Under the pieces are notes generated by a model that saw only the letters and a list, made by a program, of their open reading frames with translations, ran no database searches and had not been told where the DNA came from. From Spirochaetia bacterium (GTDB taxonomy: Bacteria; Spirochaetota; Spirochaetia; SZUA-6; Bin103), in NCBI GenBank assembly GCA_965203515.1, contig OZ241907.1:384001-448000 (forward strand): 64,000 nucleotides of DNA, written 5' to 3'. Shown one piece after another: positions 30,001-38,911 of this stretch. Position 1 is the stretch's first letter; each line of letters starts with the position of its first letter. The position numbers and the translations under genes were made by a program.

Positions 30001-31135
30001 CTACCGCGTGCAGGCCGGCGCCACCGGCTCGCTGATCCTGGCGACGGCGGCGCTGGCCCCCGCGCTCAGCGCGGCGCCGGCGGCGCGCGCGGACTACGTG
30101 CGGCGACTCGGCGCGGCTGCCGACCGGCTTGCCGCTGTCGATCCGCTCGTCTCGCCGGCGCGCGTGCGGGAGGAGATCGCGGGGATCGAGCCGCCGCCGG
30201 GGATGCCGCCGCTCGACCCGGACCGGTGCGTGCGGCTTGCGGTGCAGGCGGCGGAGCGGGCGGCGCTCTCTTCCCGCGGCGAGCTGTATCCGCGCGGCAT
30301 GGCGGCGGCGCGCGCGGTCAAGCTCGGCGCCAGCTCGCTGCTCGGCCCCCGGGAGCTGGCGGCGCGCCAACTCCGGGAGCGGTTGGCAAGCCGCTACCCG
30401 GAAGCCGAGCCGCTGCCGGAGCGTCCCCGGCTGGACGCGCTGCTGGATGCGGCCGGGCTCAAGTTGGTGTGGGACCGGGAGCGGGCGAAGTACCGCGCGC
30501 GGACCCCGCCGCACCGTCGCACGACCGGCAGCACGTCGTCCCCGGCCGGCGCCGGCGATGAGGAAGCGTACGCCGCGGACGCTCTGGACGAGCGGCTGCG
30601 GCGCACGGTCCGCGCGCAGGGCTTTCTGGCGCTGTCGGTCCCGCCGCGCTACTTCACGGCCGCCGAGCGCTACCTGGCGGCCGGCTTCGAGCTGGCGGCG
30701 TTCAGCATGGAGGCGGAGCTGATCCGCCACATGCGGGCGCTGGCGGCCGAGCTGGGCGCCGATTGGCAGGTGGTGATCGCCGCCGACGCGGCGCCTCGGG
30801 GAAGCGTCGATCACCGCCGTCTGAACCAGCTCGTGCAGCGGGCGGCGGAGCGGCTGCAGCGCGAGCTGGTCGGCGCGGACGCCCCGCTGCTGCTGACCCG
30901 TTCCGGTCTGCTGGCGCACTACCGCCGGCTCGACCTGCTGGCCGCGGTGCAGGACGAATGCCAACGCGGCGCGGCGCGCGCGGCGCGGATACTCTGCATC
31001 GCCGGAGGCGCGCCCGACGGTCTGCCGATGATCGACCGCCAGGCGCTGCCGGTGGTGGTCGCCTCCGCCTGGGCGCGCCCGGGCGCCGGCTGGCTCACCC
31101 GCGCCGCGGCCGCCGCAGGTGAGCACCACCGATGA
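27074..31135 (+). CDS. pglW: BREX type 2 (Pgl) serine/threonine kinase PglW
   Basis: NERD nuclease domain (NEVDLL...LVEIKSW), a degenerate kinase (HRALSP), a second kinase (GRGATA, VLK, HRDLKPDN, FDFS) and an HhH/RNAP-alpha-CTD-like region (LGISPRLLNALERIG...GIG). Confidence 0.92.
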   Translation: MHRSSSSHWIEVTPSEYAWEREALHYLKTRLPDGEPFRAWSNFEFISHDGSINEVDLLVVSLHRVYLVEIKSWRGVVSGDQSTWSRSVDGRTLLADSPLLLANRKARKLAALLKAQPALARERRPFLEPLVFLSQARCRLEGLARTGVYVSQNHADAGAGEPSIVDVLRGDAGFDPRRPLPRIDRPLARAIARAMEQAGIRPSQRQRRVADYVLRRLLLETDAWQDWEAEHVSVPESKRRIRVYPLARASSESGRRERRAAAEREYRLLDGVGHDGILRAELLTDAEQGPAIVFEHHPAAERLDHFLDRRGAELPPETRLDLVRQLAQTVRYAHERRLCHRALSPRRVLVMDPAAARPRLKIFDWQTATHAASGTRSPTAPAAAPAADPAIDDAEGVYLAPETGLGGYDPTKLDLFSLGAVAYRVFAGTPPAPTVAALHDRLARSRGLKLSDQIDGAPEALQLVVECATDPDASGRPATAAEFCVQLDDAERELAAAREPREEFAHPLDAGPEETLEGGFRVVRRLGRGATALALQVEHADRAGVLKVALDPSRNDRVRREGELLRSLRHPNIVDAYRDDAYREVELSGHAAVFMALAGAENKGGAYTLADRIREEGRLSLDLLQRFGDQLVSVVQWLEEQGVSHRDLKPDNIGVSGTPLSLVVFDFSLADTPAENIRAGTPQYRDPFLALRRPPRWDAGAERFSAAMTLHEMATGQLPGWGDGQSDPALLDEEVSLDAELFDPSVREALTAFFRTALARDYRARFDNAEEMRRAWFRCFEAIDVTAAGGEEGDLPEEFEGVTEATALAALGISPRLLNALERIGAHTVAELVGLPRIRLYRNQGIGQRVVKRIRRLSELLAEHLADRGRTISTTTAGEEEYPTDPAVWSIDLLASRLTTRGAASGTAAGGSWMKPVRDSAAALVASHGGVMTEDELVGALAAARGSAASGGERLRRARVVAAAALDAEGKRRDCRYRVQAGATGSLILATAALAPALSAAPAARADYVRRLGAAADRLAAVDPLVSPARVREEIAGIEPPPGMPPLDPDRCVRLAVQAAERAALSSRGELYPRGMAAARAVKLGASSLLGPRELAARQLRERLASRYPEAEPLPERPRLDALLDAAGLKLVWDRERAKYRARTPPHRRTTGSTSSPAGAGDEEAYAADALDERLRRTVRAQGFLALSVPPRYFTAAERYLAAGFELAAFSMEAELIRHMRALAAELGADWQVVIAADAAPRGSVDHRRLNQLVQRAAERLQRELVGADAPLLLTRSGLLAHYRRLDLLAAVQDECQRGAARAARILCIAGGAPDGLPMIDRQALPVVVASAWARPGAGWLTRAAAAAGEHHR

Positions 31136-31560
31136 TCGGAGATACGATAGAACGTGACTTTCGCGACAAGGTGTCAGCACAGATCCGTCTGCATCCCGAA
31201 GGATTGAACCGCTTCCGTGTGTTCAACCCGTTTCTGTTCGAGGACGGCGATCATCTGGTTATCGTATTGAAGAAAGAGTGGGGCAAATGGGTTCTTTCCG
31301 ATGAGGCGCACACCTTCATGCACCTTACCTATAGTATCGATGAAAAATATCTTCTGAGTGGCACACGCCGGAAGATCATCTCCAACGCACTGTCCATGTT
31401 CGAGGTCGAGGACCGTAACGGAGAATTGGTACTATACGTTCCTGATGGGCGCTACGGAGATGCTCTCTATTCCTTCATCCAGGCGATTCTCAAGATAGCC
31501 GATGTCGAATACCTGTCACGTGAACGCATTCAGTCTACGTTCATGGAGGACTTTCGCTGA
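31132..31560 (+). CDS. DUF1828-like protein, apparently C-terminally truncated
   Basis: [22 protein letters not shown]...L...[14 protein letters not shown]-richer DNA. Overlaps the pglW stop (ATGA) and the pglX start (TGATG). Confidence 0.6.
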   Translation: MIGDTIERDFRDKVSAQIRLHPEGLNRFRVFNPFLFEDGDHLVIVLKKEWGKWVLSDEAHTFMHLTYSIDEKYLLSGTRRKIISNALSMFEVEDRNGELVLYVPDGRYGDALYSFIQAILKIADVEYLSRERIQSTFMEDFR

Positions 31561-34500
31561 TGCCGATCGATCGGCAGGAGCTGCTGAGCGACCTGCGGCG
31601 GCAGCTGCGGCTGCTGGAGCGGGACCTGGCCGAACGCGCCGAGAGCGTGCCGGAGATGGCCGCGGCGCTGGAGGCGGAGTACCGGGCGGCGCGCGCCGCC
31701 GAGCGCACCGCGGCGACGTTCCGCGTCTGGCGCGCCGGCGAGCTGACTCAGGCGGCGGTCGCGTGGCTGCTCGCCGGCGTGTTCGTGCGCTTCATCGAGG
31801 ACAACGGGCTGATCGACGAGCCGTTGATCGGCGGCCCGAACGGCGGCAACGAGCAGGCGGCGCAGCGCCAGACGCGCTACTTTCGCACCGATCCGACCGC
31901 GACCGACCGCGATTATCTGCTCGACGGGTTCGCCGCAGTCGCCCGCCTGCCGGCGCTGGCCGAGCTCTACGATCGGGCGCGCAACCCGATGTGGCGCCTC
32001 GGCATCTCCGGCGACGCGGCGCGCGATCTGCTGGCGTTCTGGCGGACCGCGGCGCCGGATACCGGGGCGTTGCGCCACGACTTCACCGACTCCGAATGGG
32101 ACACCCGCTTCCTGGGCGACCTGTACCAGGACCTGTCCGACGACGCCAAGAAGCGCTACGCGCTGTTGCAGACGCCGGAGTTCGTCGAGGAGTTCATCCT
32201 GGACCGCACGCTCACGCCGGCGCTCGACGAGTTCGGGCTGGCCGCGGTCCGCCTCATCGATCCGGCCTGCGGGTCCGGACACTTCCTGCTCGGCGCGTTC
32301 CACCGGCTGCTGCGCCAGTGGTTCGACCGCGAGCCCGGCACGCCGGAGCGGGTGCTGGCGCAGCGCGCGCTGGCCGCCGTGCACGGCGTCGACATCAACC
32401 CGTTCGCGGCGGCGATCGCGCGCTTCCGGCTGCTGGTGGCGGCGCTGCAGGCGAGCCGCATCGAGCGCCTGCGAGACGCGCCGGCGTTCACGATCAACGT
32501 GGCCGTCGGCGACAGTCTGCTCCACGGCCGGCGCTTCGGCGAGCTGGACCTGGGCAGCGGCGCGGAACAGCACGACCTCACCGGCCAGGCCGAGTTCTCG
32601 CACGCCTTCCAGGCCGAGGACCTCGACGCCCTGAACCGCATCCTCGGCCGGCAGTATCACGTAGTGGTCGGGAATCCGCCCTACATCACCGTGAAGGACA
32701 AGGCGGTCAACCAGTTGTACCGAGCGCGCTACTCGACCTGCCACCGGCAGTATTCGCTCGCGGTGCCATTCACCGAACGCATCTTCGGTCTGGCGTTACG
32801 GGACGACGACTCGCGACGCGCCGGCTACATTGGGATGATCACGGCGAATTCCTTCATGAAGCGCGAGTTCGGGAAGAAGCTGATCGAGTCCTTCCTGCCG
32901 GGCGTTGACCTGACCCATGTACTCGATACCTCTGGAGCTTACATCCCCGGCCACGGAACACCCACGGTGATCCTTCTTGGACGCCATCGTCCGCCGCTTG
33001 GCGACGTAGTTCGAACTGTCATCGGCATTCGCGGCGAGCCGAAAACACCAGATGATGCATCATTGGGGCATGTCTGGTCCAACATTGTTTCTCAAGTAGA
33101 CGACCGACTGACGCGCAGCGAGTGGGTCAGCTCAGAAGACGTGCCGCGAAATAAATTTTCAGTGTATCCATGGAGAATTAGTGGTGGATGGGCCGAACAT
33201 ATTCTCGAATGTATCGATAATAAAAGCGTGACTATACTCGGAAAAATTGCTACGGTAGTAGGTCGAATGACTCACACCGGTGAGGATAGTGCATTCTACT
33301 TCCCGGTAGACAACGGAACCGCGATAGAGGCGTTAGATAGTAGTTTCTCGATTTCCCTTGTCACCGGCGAAGATGTTAGAAACTGGATGCTCATGCCATC
33401 GGTTGTTTCTATATTTCCTTATGAGAACGTAGAGTCGGTATCCTGGAATAGACTTCCACGGGCGATCCAACAACATTTCTGGCGCTTGCGGGCGACCTTG
33501 AGGTCACGGCAGGACTATGGTGAGTTCATCGAACGACGAGGACTGAGATGGTATGAGCACTCGATGTTCTTCAAACGTCGTTACCGTATTCCACTATCAA
33601 TAGCCTTTGCATTCGTTGCTACTCACAATCACTTCGTACTCGACCGAGGTGGAAAGGTGTTCAACCGTTCCGCTCCGGTCATCAAGCTGCCGGACGACGC
33701 AACCGAAGCAGATCACCTGGCGCTTGTCGGCTTGCTCAACAGTTCCGCGGCGTGCTTCTGGATGAAACAGGTGCTGCATGACAAGGGTGGTTCCGGATCC
33801 TGGGAGCGACGTTTCGAACATTCGTGTACAGCCATCCAGCGGGTCCCGCTTCCACCAGATCGGCCAGCGGACATCGCAGAGCAAATAGATCGTCTTGCCG
33901 CGGAACGCCAGTCTCATCTACCGACGCAACTTACCGACCGCCTGCCTCTGACGCCGACTGAGCTGGATGCCCACCGCGACGCTGCGGCTTCTCTGCTGGC
34001 GCGCATGATCGCCCTGCAGGAGGAACTCGACTGGGAATGCTACCGCCTCTACGGCGTCATCGACGAAGATTGCCGGTACGCCGTCGGCACCGGCGACCGT
34101 TCCGAACCGCCGCCGCTGGCGCTGGGCGAGCGCGCGTTCGAGATCGTCATGGCGCGGCGGATGGCGGCGGGCGAACTGGAAACCCGGTGGTTCGAGCGCC
34201 ACGGTTCCACGCCGCTCACCGAAGTGCCGGCCCATTGGCCGGAAGACTACCGCGCCCTCGTCGCGCGGCGCATCGAGCTGATCGGCTCCGACCGCTTCAT
34301 CGGCCTGCTCGAAAAGCCGGAGTACAAGCGCCGATGGAACACCGAACCGTGGCCGGATCAGGAACGGCGCGCCCTCCGCGCCTGGCTCCTCGACCGGCTG
34401 GAGTCGCCCGCCTACTGGCCGGAACCCCGGCTCACCACCGTCCGCGAGCTCGCCGCACGGGCGGCCGCGGATGCCGACTTTCAGCAGGTCGCCGCCCACT

Positions 34501-35192
34501 TCTCCGCACGCGCCTACGGCGACCTCGACGCGCTGGTCGCCGAGCTGGTCGATGCCGAAAGCGTGCCGGCGCTGCCGATACAGCGGTACAAGCCCTCCGG
34601 CCTCGCCAAGCGCGCCGACTGGGAGGCGGTCTGGGCAGCGCAGCGGCGCGAGGACGAAATCGACGCCGAAACGGCCGGCGCGACCCCTCGACCAGCCGGC
34701 GAGACCGAAGATCACCATGCCGCCCGCCTCAAGGCTGAACAGGACCGCCGCAAGCGGGACGAGCTCGGAGACCTGGTCCCGCCGCCCAAGTACCGCTCGG
34801 CCGACTTTCTGAAAGCCAGCTACTGGCGCCTGCGCGGCGCCCTCGACGTGCCGAAGGAGCGCTTCGTCAGCCTGCCGGACATGAGCCGCGACAGCGATCC
34901 CACGCTCCTGGTCGGCTGGGCCGGTTGGGACCCGCCGACCCTCTGCCAAGCGGTGGCCACGTACTACACCGACGCCAACGAGCGCGACGGTTGGAGCGCC
35001 GCCCGCCTCACCCCGCTGCTGGCGGTGATCCGGGAGCGCCTGCCCTGGCTCAAGCAGTGGCACAACGACATCGACGAGAAATACCAGCAGCGCCTGGGCG
35101 ATCTCTACGAAGCGTTCGTCCGCGCGCAACTCGCGCAGCTCGATCTGGCCGAGGACGATCTGCGGCAGTGGGCGCCGCCGGGGCGGTCCTGA
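31560..35192 (+). CDS. pglX: BREX type 2 adenine methyltransferase PglX
   Basis: [52 protein letters not shown] and [11 protein letters not shown]. Confidence 0.93.
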   Translation: MPIDRQELLSDLRRQLRLLERDLAERAESVPEMAAALEAEYRAARAAERTAATFRVWRAGELTQAAVAWLLAGVFVRFIEDNGLIDEPLIGGPNGGNEQAAQRQTRYFRTDPTATDRDYLLDGFAAVARLPALAELYDRARNPMWRLGISGDAARDLLAFWRTAAPDTGALRHDFTDSEWDTRFLGDLYQDLSDDAKKRYALLQTPEFVEEFILDRTLTPALDEFGLAAVRLIDPACGSGHFLLGAFHRLLRQWFDREPGTPERVLAQRALAAVHGVDINPFAAAIARFRLLVAALQASRIERLRDAPAFTINVAVGDSLLHGRRFGELDLGSGAEQHDLTGQAEFSHAFQAEDLDALNRILGRQYHVVVGNPPYITVKDKAVNQLYRARYSTCHRQYSLAVPFTERIFGLALRDDDSRRAGYIGMITANSFMKREFGKKLIESFLPGVDLTHVLDTSGAYIPGHGTPTVILLGRHRPPLGDVVRTVIGIRGEPKTPDDASLGHVWSNIVSQVDDRLTRSEWVSSEDVPRNKFSVYPWRISGGWAEHILECIDNKSVTILGKIATVVGRMTHTGEDSAFYFPVDNGTAIEALDSSFSISLVTGEDVRNWMLMPSVVSIFPYENVESVSWNRLPRAIQQHFWRLRATLRSRQDYGEFIERRGLRWYEHSMFFKRRYRIPLSIAFAFVATHNHFVLDRGGKVFNRSAPVIKLPDDATEADHLALVGLLNSSAACFWMKQVLHDKGGSGSWERRFEHSCTAIQRVPLPPDRPADIAEQIDRLAAERQSHLPTQLTDRLPLTPTELDAHRDAAASLLARMIALQEELDWECYRLYGVIDEDCRYAVGTGDRSEPPPLALGERAFEIVMARRMAAGELETRWFERHGSTPLTEVPAHWPEDYRALVARRIELIGSDRFIGLLEKPEYKRRWNTEPWPDQERRALRAWLLDRLESPAYWPEPRLTTVRELAARAAADADFQQVAAHFSARAYGDLDALVAELVDAESVPALPIQRYKPSGLAKRADWEAVWAAQRREDEIDAETAGATPRPAGETEDHHAARLKAEQDRRKRDELGDLVPPPKYRSADFLKASYWRLRGALDVPKERFVSLPDMSRDSDPTLLVGWAGWDPPTLCQAVATYYTDANERDGWSAARLTPLLAVIRERLPWLKQWHNDIDEKYQQRLGDLYEAFVRAQLAQLDLAEDDLRQWAPPGRS

Positions 35193-35193
35193 A

Positions 35194-38100
35194 ATGCCCG
35201 CCATCCTGCCGCGGCCTCTCGACCAAAAGTGGAAGCAGCGGCTCGATCTCACCACGCGCACGGCGCCCGAACTCTACGAGGACGCCGCCGCCGTAACGGA
35301 CACCCCGCACGCCCGCGCGATACGCACCACCTTTCGGGACTTGCGCGCGTCCGCCGTGTTCTGCACGCACGGCGTGCCGGCGGTCGTCATCCTGTCGGTC
35401 GAAGCCTACGACCGCAGCGCCGTGATCGACCTGCATGCGAAGCTGTGGAACCAGGGCCTCGCCCACCTGCTCCTCGTCATCGCCGGCAACACGGTACGAG
35501 CCTTTTCGCTGGCGCGCATCCCGCGCCGGGGGAGCGACGAAGATTTTGACGCCCGCTGCCTCGCCTGGGAGCTGGACGCGGTCCGTCAAGCTCTCGAAGT
35601 CAACGACCTCATCCATGGCGCCGAATCCGGCCGCCTCTGGGAGCATCCCAAGTTCCGACCGGACGAACGGATCGACCAAGTGCTCCTGGACAACCTGAAG
35701 AATTCGCATACGCGGCTGCTGAGCGGCATGTCTCCGGCCGCGGCCCAGGCACTGCTCATCCAGTCGATGTTCATCGCGTACCTGGAGGACCGGCAGATCG
35801 TCAGCCCCGATTATCTGCGGGCTGCCACCGGCGGCCGCGCGACCAGCTTTCTGGACATCCTGAAGTCGGGAAGCGTGGCCGCGCTCGATCGCCTCTTCGA
35901 GCGGTTGCGAGACGATTTCAATGGCGACCTCTTCATCGCGCCGTGCTCTTTCGCGGAGGCCGATCGTCATCCGCCTCCCGAACCTCGCCATCTGGAGATT
36001 CTGTCCCGCTTCCGTTCCGGTGAACAGGAGATGGGCAGCGGGCAGTATCGCTTCTGGGGGTATGACTTCAAGTACATGCCCATCGAGTTGATAAGCGCCG
36101 TCTACGACCGGTTCCTGGGCGGTCTGGGAACGGAACGGCGCGGCCGCGGCGCCTACTACACGCCGCGCTTCGTCGCGGACCTGGTGATCTCTCAGATCGC
36201 CGACAAGCTGCCGAGCGAGAAGCTACCCGACCTGCGATTTCTGGACCCGGCGTGCGGGTCGGGTATATTTCTCGTGCGCTGCTTCCAGCTCCTCTGCGAG
36301 CGGCGCCGGCGCGCAACCGAACGCTCCCAAAGGATCACCTGGGAATCCCTGCTTGCGATACTTTCCAGATTGGAAGGATGGGACATCGACAAGAGGGCCG
36401 TGCGGGTGGCAGTGTTTTCACTGTACGTAGCCATGCTCGAAGAGGTGGAACCGCCTGACATCCAGGCGCTCATCGCGCGCGGCAATCTGCTTCCCGGATT
36501 ATGGGAGCGCACCCTTCGTGCGCGTGATTTCTTTACCGTCGATCCCGGTGATCCGGGCGCGCAGGCTGACGTCATCGTTGGCAACCCGCCATGGTCCAGC
36601 CGCCGCCAACCGGAGCGGCGCTCCATCGAGTGGTGCGCGACAGAAGGTCTCCCCATGCCGGGACGGGAAGAAGCGTGGGCGTTCGTCTGGAAGTCGCTGC
36701 GGCACCTGCGACCGGCGGGCGTCGCCGCGTTGCTCCTGCCGTCCATGGGGTTCCTGCACAACCATGCCGGCAGCGCGGTCAGGGCGCGAAAGCGCCTGCT
36801 GCGCGATGCCCGGATATTCCGCATCGTCAATCTGGCCGACTTGCGATTCCAGTTGTTCGATAGCGCGGTCCGGCCGGCCGCCCTGATCGTCTTCGGCCAC
36901 GCCGATCCGGAAGGGCGCCCCTATTCGCTCGAGTACTTGACACCGAAAGCCGACCTCAACCTGAAGAATCGCCGCTTGATCACGCTCAGCAGCGCTGACA
37001 AGCACGTGCTCACGTCGCCGGTGGTGGAAGATGATCCATCGATCTTCAAGCGCTTCATGTGGATAAGCGATCCTGAAGAAAAGCTGTTTCGCTATCTGTC
37101 CTCGCTGCCCCGTTTGCAGGATATTGTCAACGCTGGCGGCGCCTGGATGATCGGGCAGGGATTCCAACCACACAGAACAGGAGTACCTGTCACGAGCCGG
37201 CACGTCGGACGGATTCCCTATCTCCCGATCGAGCGATTCACCCCCTTCGTTCAACGGACCGACCATTTGTCCCCCTGGGATTCGAGTACGGTCCGTCGCA
37301 AGGGGTTCGAGCAAGGGTTCACCGGGCCGCGCGTCCTGATTCCAAAAGGAGCCATACATACGGATCAGCCGCGATTGCGCGCTGCCTACGTCGAAGAGCC
37401 TGTCACGTTTCAGGATGGCATTCGGGCCGTTGTCGTTCCGCGCGGTGACGAGCCTCGTGCGAAGCTGTTGACCGCGCTAATCAACAGCAGGATTGCGGTA
37501 TGGTTTGCGTTTCACGGTACGTCGTCCTTCGGGGCCGAGCGCCCGCAAATACAGCAAGATGAGTTGCTTCTTCTTCCGTTTCCCCGGCCTGACGACCTGC
37601 CGGAGAAGGCGCGGTCTCGGGCGGCCGCCGACAAGATGGTTTCGGTGATCGACGAGATGATGCGGTCGTCGCATGATCCGTTCGGCAGCACCGACGGCGC
37701 GGTCTTCGCGGAGATCGACCGCCTGGCATACGACTTCTTCGGTCTGACCGATGAGGAGATCCTCCTGGTCGAGGACACGGTGGCGCACGTCATCCCCGCC
37801 GTCCATCCGTCTCGCACCAGCGTTCCCGAAGTCTGGCGTTCCCCTACCTTGGAGGACCGCCGGCGCTACGCGCAGGCGCTGCTGCACCGTATGAGCGACT
37901 GGTTCGAAGGTGACTACACGGTAGCGGCGCGGCTCGAAGCGCATAATGATGACTTGGCGATCCTGCGCCTCACCCTGCAACGGGAGCATGAGGCGAGCGA
38001 GTACCACGAGGTGGAATCGTCACGGGTCAACGACGTCCTGGCGGACTTGGCCGCGCAGGTGGGCCGGCCCCTCGCCGGCAACTTTCAGTTGCTGCCCGAT

Positions 38101-38250
38101 TTTCGCCTCGTCACGGGCGACCATCTCTATCTCGTCAAGCCGGCGCAGAAGCGGTTCTGGCTGCGGTCGGCGGCCATTGCCGACGCCGACGCCATAGCGC
38201 TCGATCTACAGGACTCCGCCGCCGTCAGCGCCCGGCAGCGTGACGGCTGA
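35194..38250 (+). CDS. Second large N6-adenine DNA methyltransferase (Eco57I/type IIG-like M+TRD architecture)
   Basis: PIELISAVYDRFL, GAYYTP, LDPACGSGIF and IVGNPPW, followed by a TRD-like region and a helical C-terminus. Confidence 0.88.
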   Translation: MPAILPRPLDQKWKQRLDLTTRTAPELYEDAAAVTDTPHARAIRTTFRDLRASAVFCTHGVPAVVILSVEAYDRSAVIDLHAKLWNQGLAHLLLVIAGNTVRAFSLARIPRRGSDEDFDARCLAWELDAVRQALEVNDLIHGAESGRLWEHPKFRPDERIDQVLLDNLKNSHTRLLSGMSPAAAQALLIQSMFIAYLEDRQIVSPDYLRAATGGRATSFLDILKSGSVAALDRLFERLRDDFNGDLFIAPCSFAEADRHPPPEPRHLEILSRFRSGEQEMGSGQYRFWGYDFKYMPIELISAVYDRFLGGLGTERRGRGAYYTPRFVADLVISQIADKLPSEKLPDLRFLDPACGSGIFLVRCFQLLCERRRRATERSQRITWESLLAILSRLEGWDIDKRAVRVAVFSLYVAMLEEVEPPDIQALIARGNLLPGLWERTLRARDFFTVDPGDPGAQADVIVGNPPWSSRRQPERRSIEWCATEGLPMPGREEAWAFVWKSLRHLRPAGVAALLLPSMGFLHNHAGSAVRARKRLLRDARIFRIVNLADLRFQLFDSAVRPAALIVFGHADPEGRPYSLEYLTPKADLNLKNRRLITLSSADKHVLTSPVVEDDPSIFKRFMWISDPEEKLFRYLSSLPRLQDIVNAGGAWMIGQGFQPHRTGVPVTSRHVGRIPYLPIERFTPFVQRTDHLSPWDSSTVRRKGFEQGFTGPRVLIPKGAIHTDQPRLRAAYVEEPVTFQDGIRAVVVPRGDEPRAKLLTALINSRIAVWFAFHGTSSFGAERPQIQQDELLLLPFPRPDDLPEKARSRAAADKMVSVIDEMMRSSHDPFGSTDGAVFAEIDRLAYDFFGLTDEEILLVEDTVAHVIPAVHPSRTSVPEVWRSPTLEDRRRYAQALLHRMSDWFEGDYTVAARLEAHNDDLAILRLTLQREHEASEYHEVESSRVNDVLADLAAQVGRPLAGNFQLLPDFRLVTGDHLYLVKPAQKRFWLRSAAIADADAIALDLQDSAAVSARQRDG

Positions 38251-38252
38251 AG

Positions 38253-38879
38253 ATGATCGGTGACCCTGCGGCATGGCTGCGCCGATACCGGTCGCTGGAC
38301 CAGCGCGTGATGGCGCTTGTCGCAACGATCTGGCCACGATGCATCGCTGACCTTCCGGTACAGCCGGACGAGGACACCATAACCATACAGCTCGTGGACG
38401 CGCTGTCGCGCGATCCGGGAGCGCGGCGTCTGGGTGTCATCGAATACCAGTTCGAGCCGTTCGGACACCGTCCCGACGGCATCGCCTATAGCAAGGGCAA
38501 GATAGACATGGCGGTGCTGCTCGATCGGACTCGCCGGCGGTATCTTGCGTACGAATGTAAGCGTCTGAACGTCAAACGAGACGGCAGACGGCTGTCGCTG
38601 GCGACGCAGTACGTGATGGAAGGACTCCACCGGTTCATTACTGAGCAGTACGCGGAGGGGCTTCCCGTAGGGTGCATGCTTGGCTACGTCATGGATGGAG
38701 ACGTACCGTTCGCACGCGCGAAGGTCATCGAGGCGTTGGAACGAAAGAAGCAGGAGGTCGGCTTCGTCGGGGTGTCGCGCCCGCCGGTAACGCCGCCTTC
38801 GGCGGAGGGATTCGTGAGTGACCATGTTCGGTGTAATTGCACGACGATCGAGATACGTCACACGATGCTGCCGTTCTGA
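38253..38879 (+). CDS. Hypothetical protein with a PD-(D/E)xK nuclease-like motif
   Basis: EDTIT...GKIDMAV...YLAYECKRL. Starts 2 nt after the MTase stop. Confidence 0.6.
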   Translation: MIGDPAAWLRRYRSLDQRVMALVATIWPRCIADLPVQPDEDTITIQLVDALSRDPGARRLGVIEYQFEPFGHRPDGIAYSKGKIDMAVLLDRTRRRYLAYECKRLNVKRDGRRLSLATQYVMEGLHRFITEQYAEGLPVGCMLGYVMDGDVPFARAKVIEALERKKQEVGFVGVSRPPVTPPSAEGFVSDHVRCNCTTIEIRHTMLPF

Positions 38880-38911
38880 CGAATCGATCTCTGAATGGAG
38901 GTAAATGAGCT

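Noticed and set aside
26957..31180. 1407-aa minus-strand ORF, and similar long antisense ORFs (41862-45227, 58059-60767, 53575-56016)
   Set aside because: These are antisense shadows of well-supported genes in GC-rich DNA and carry no recognisable motifs.
31560..35192. Phase-variable poly-G tract in pglX as in Streptomyces Pgl
   Set aside because: No long homopolymer run was seen by eye in pglX or pglW.
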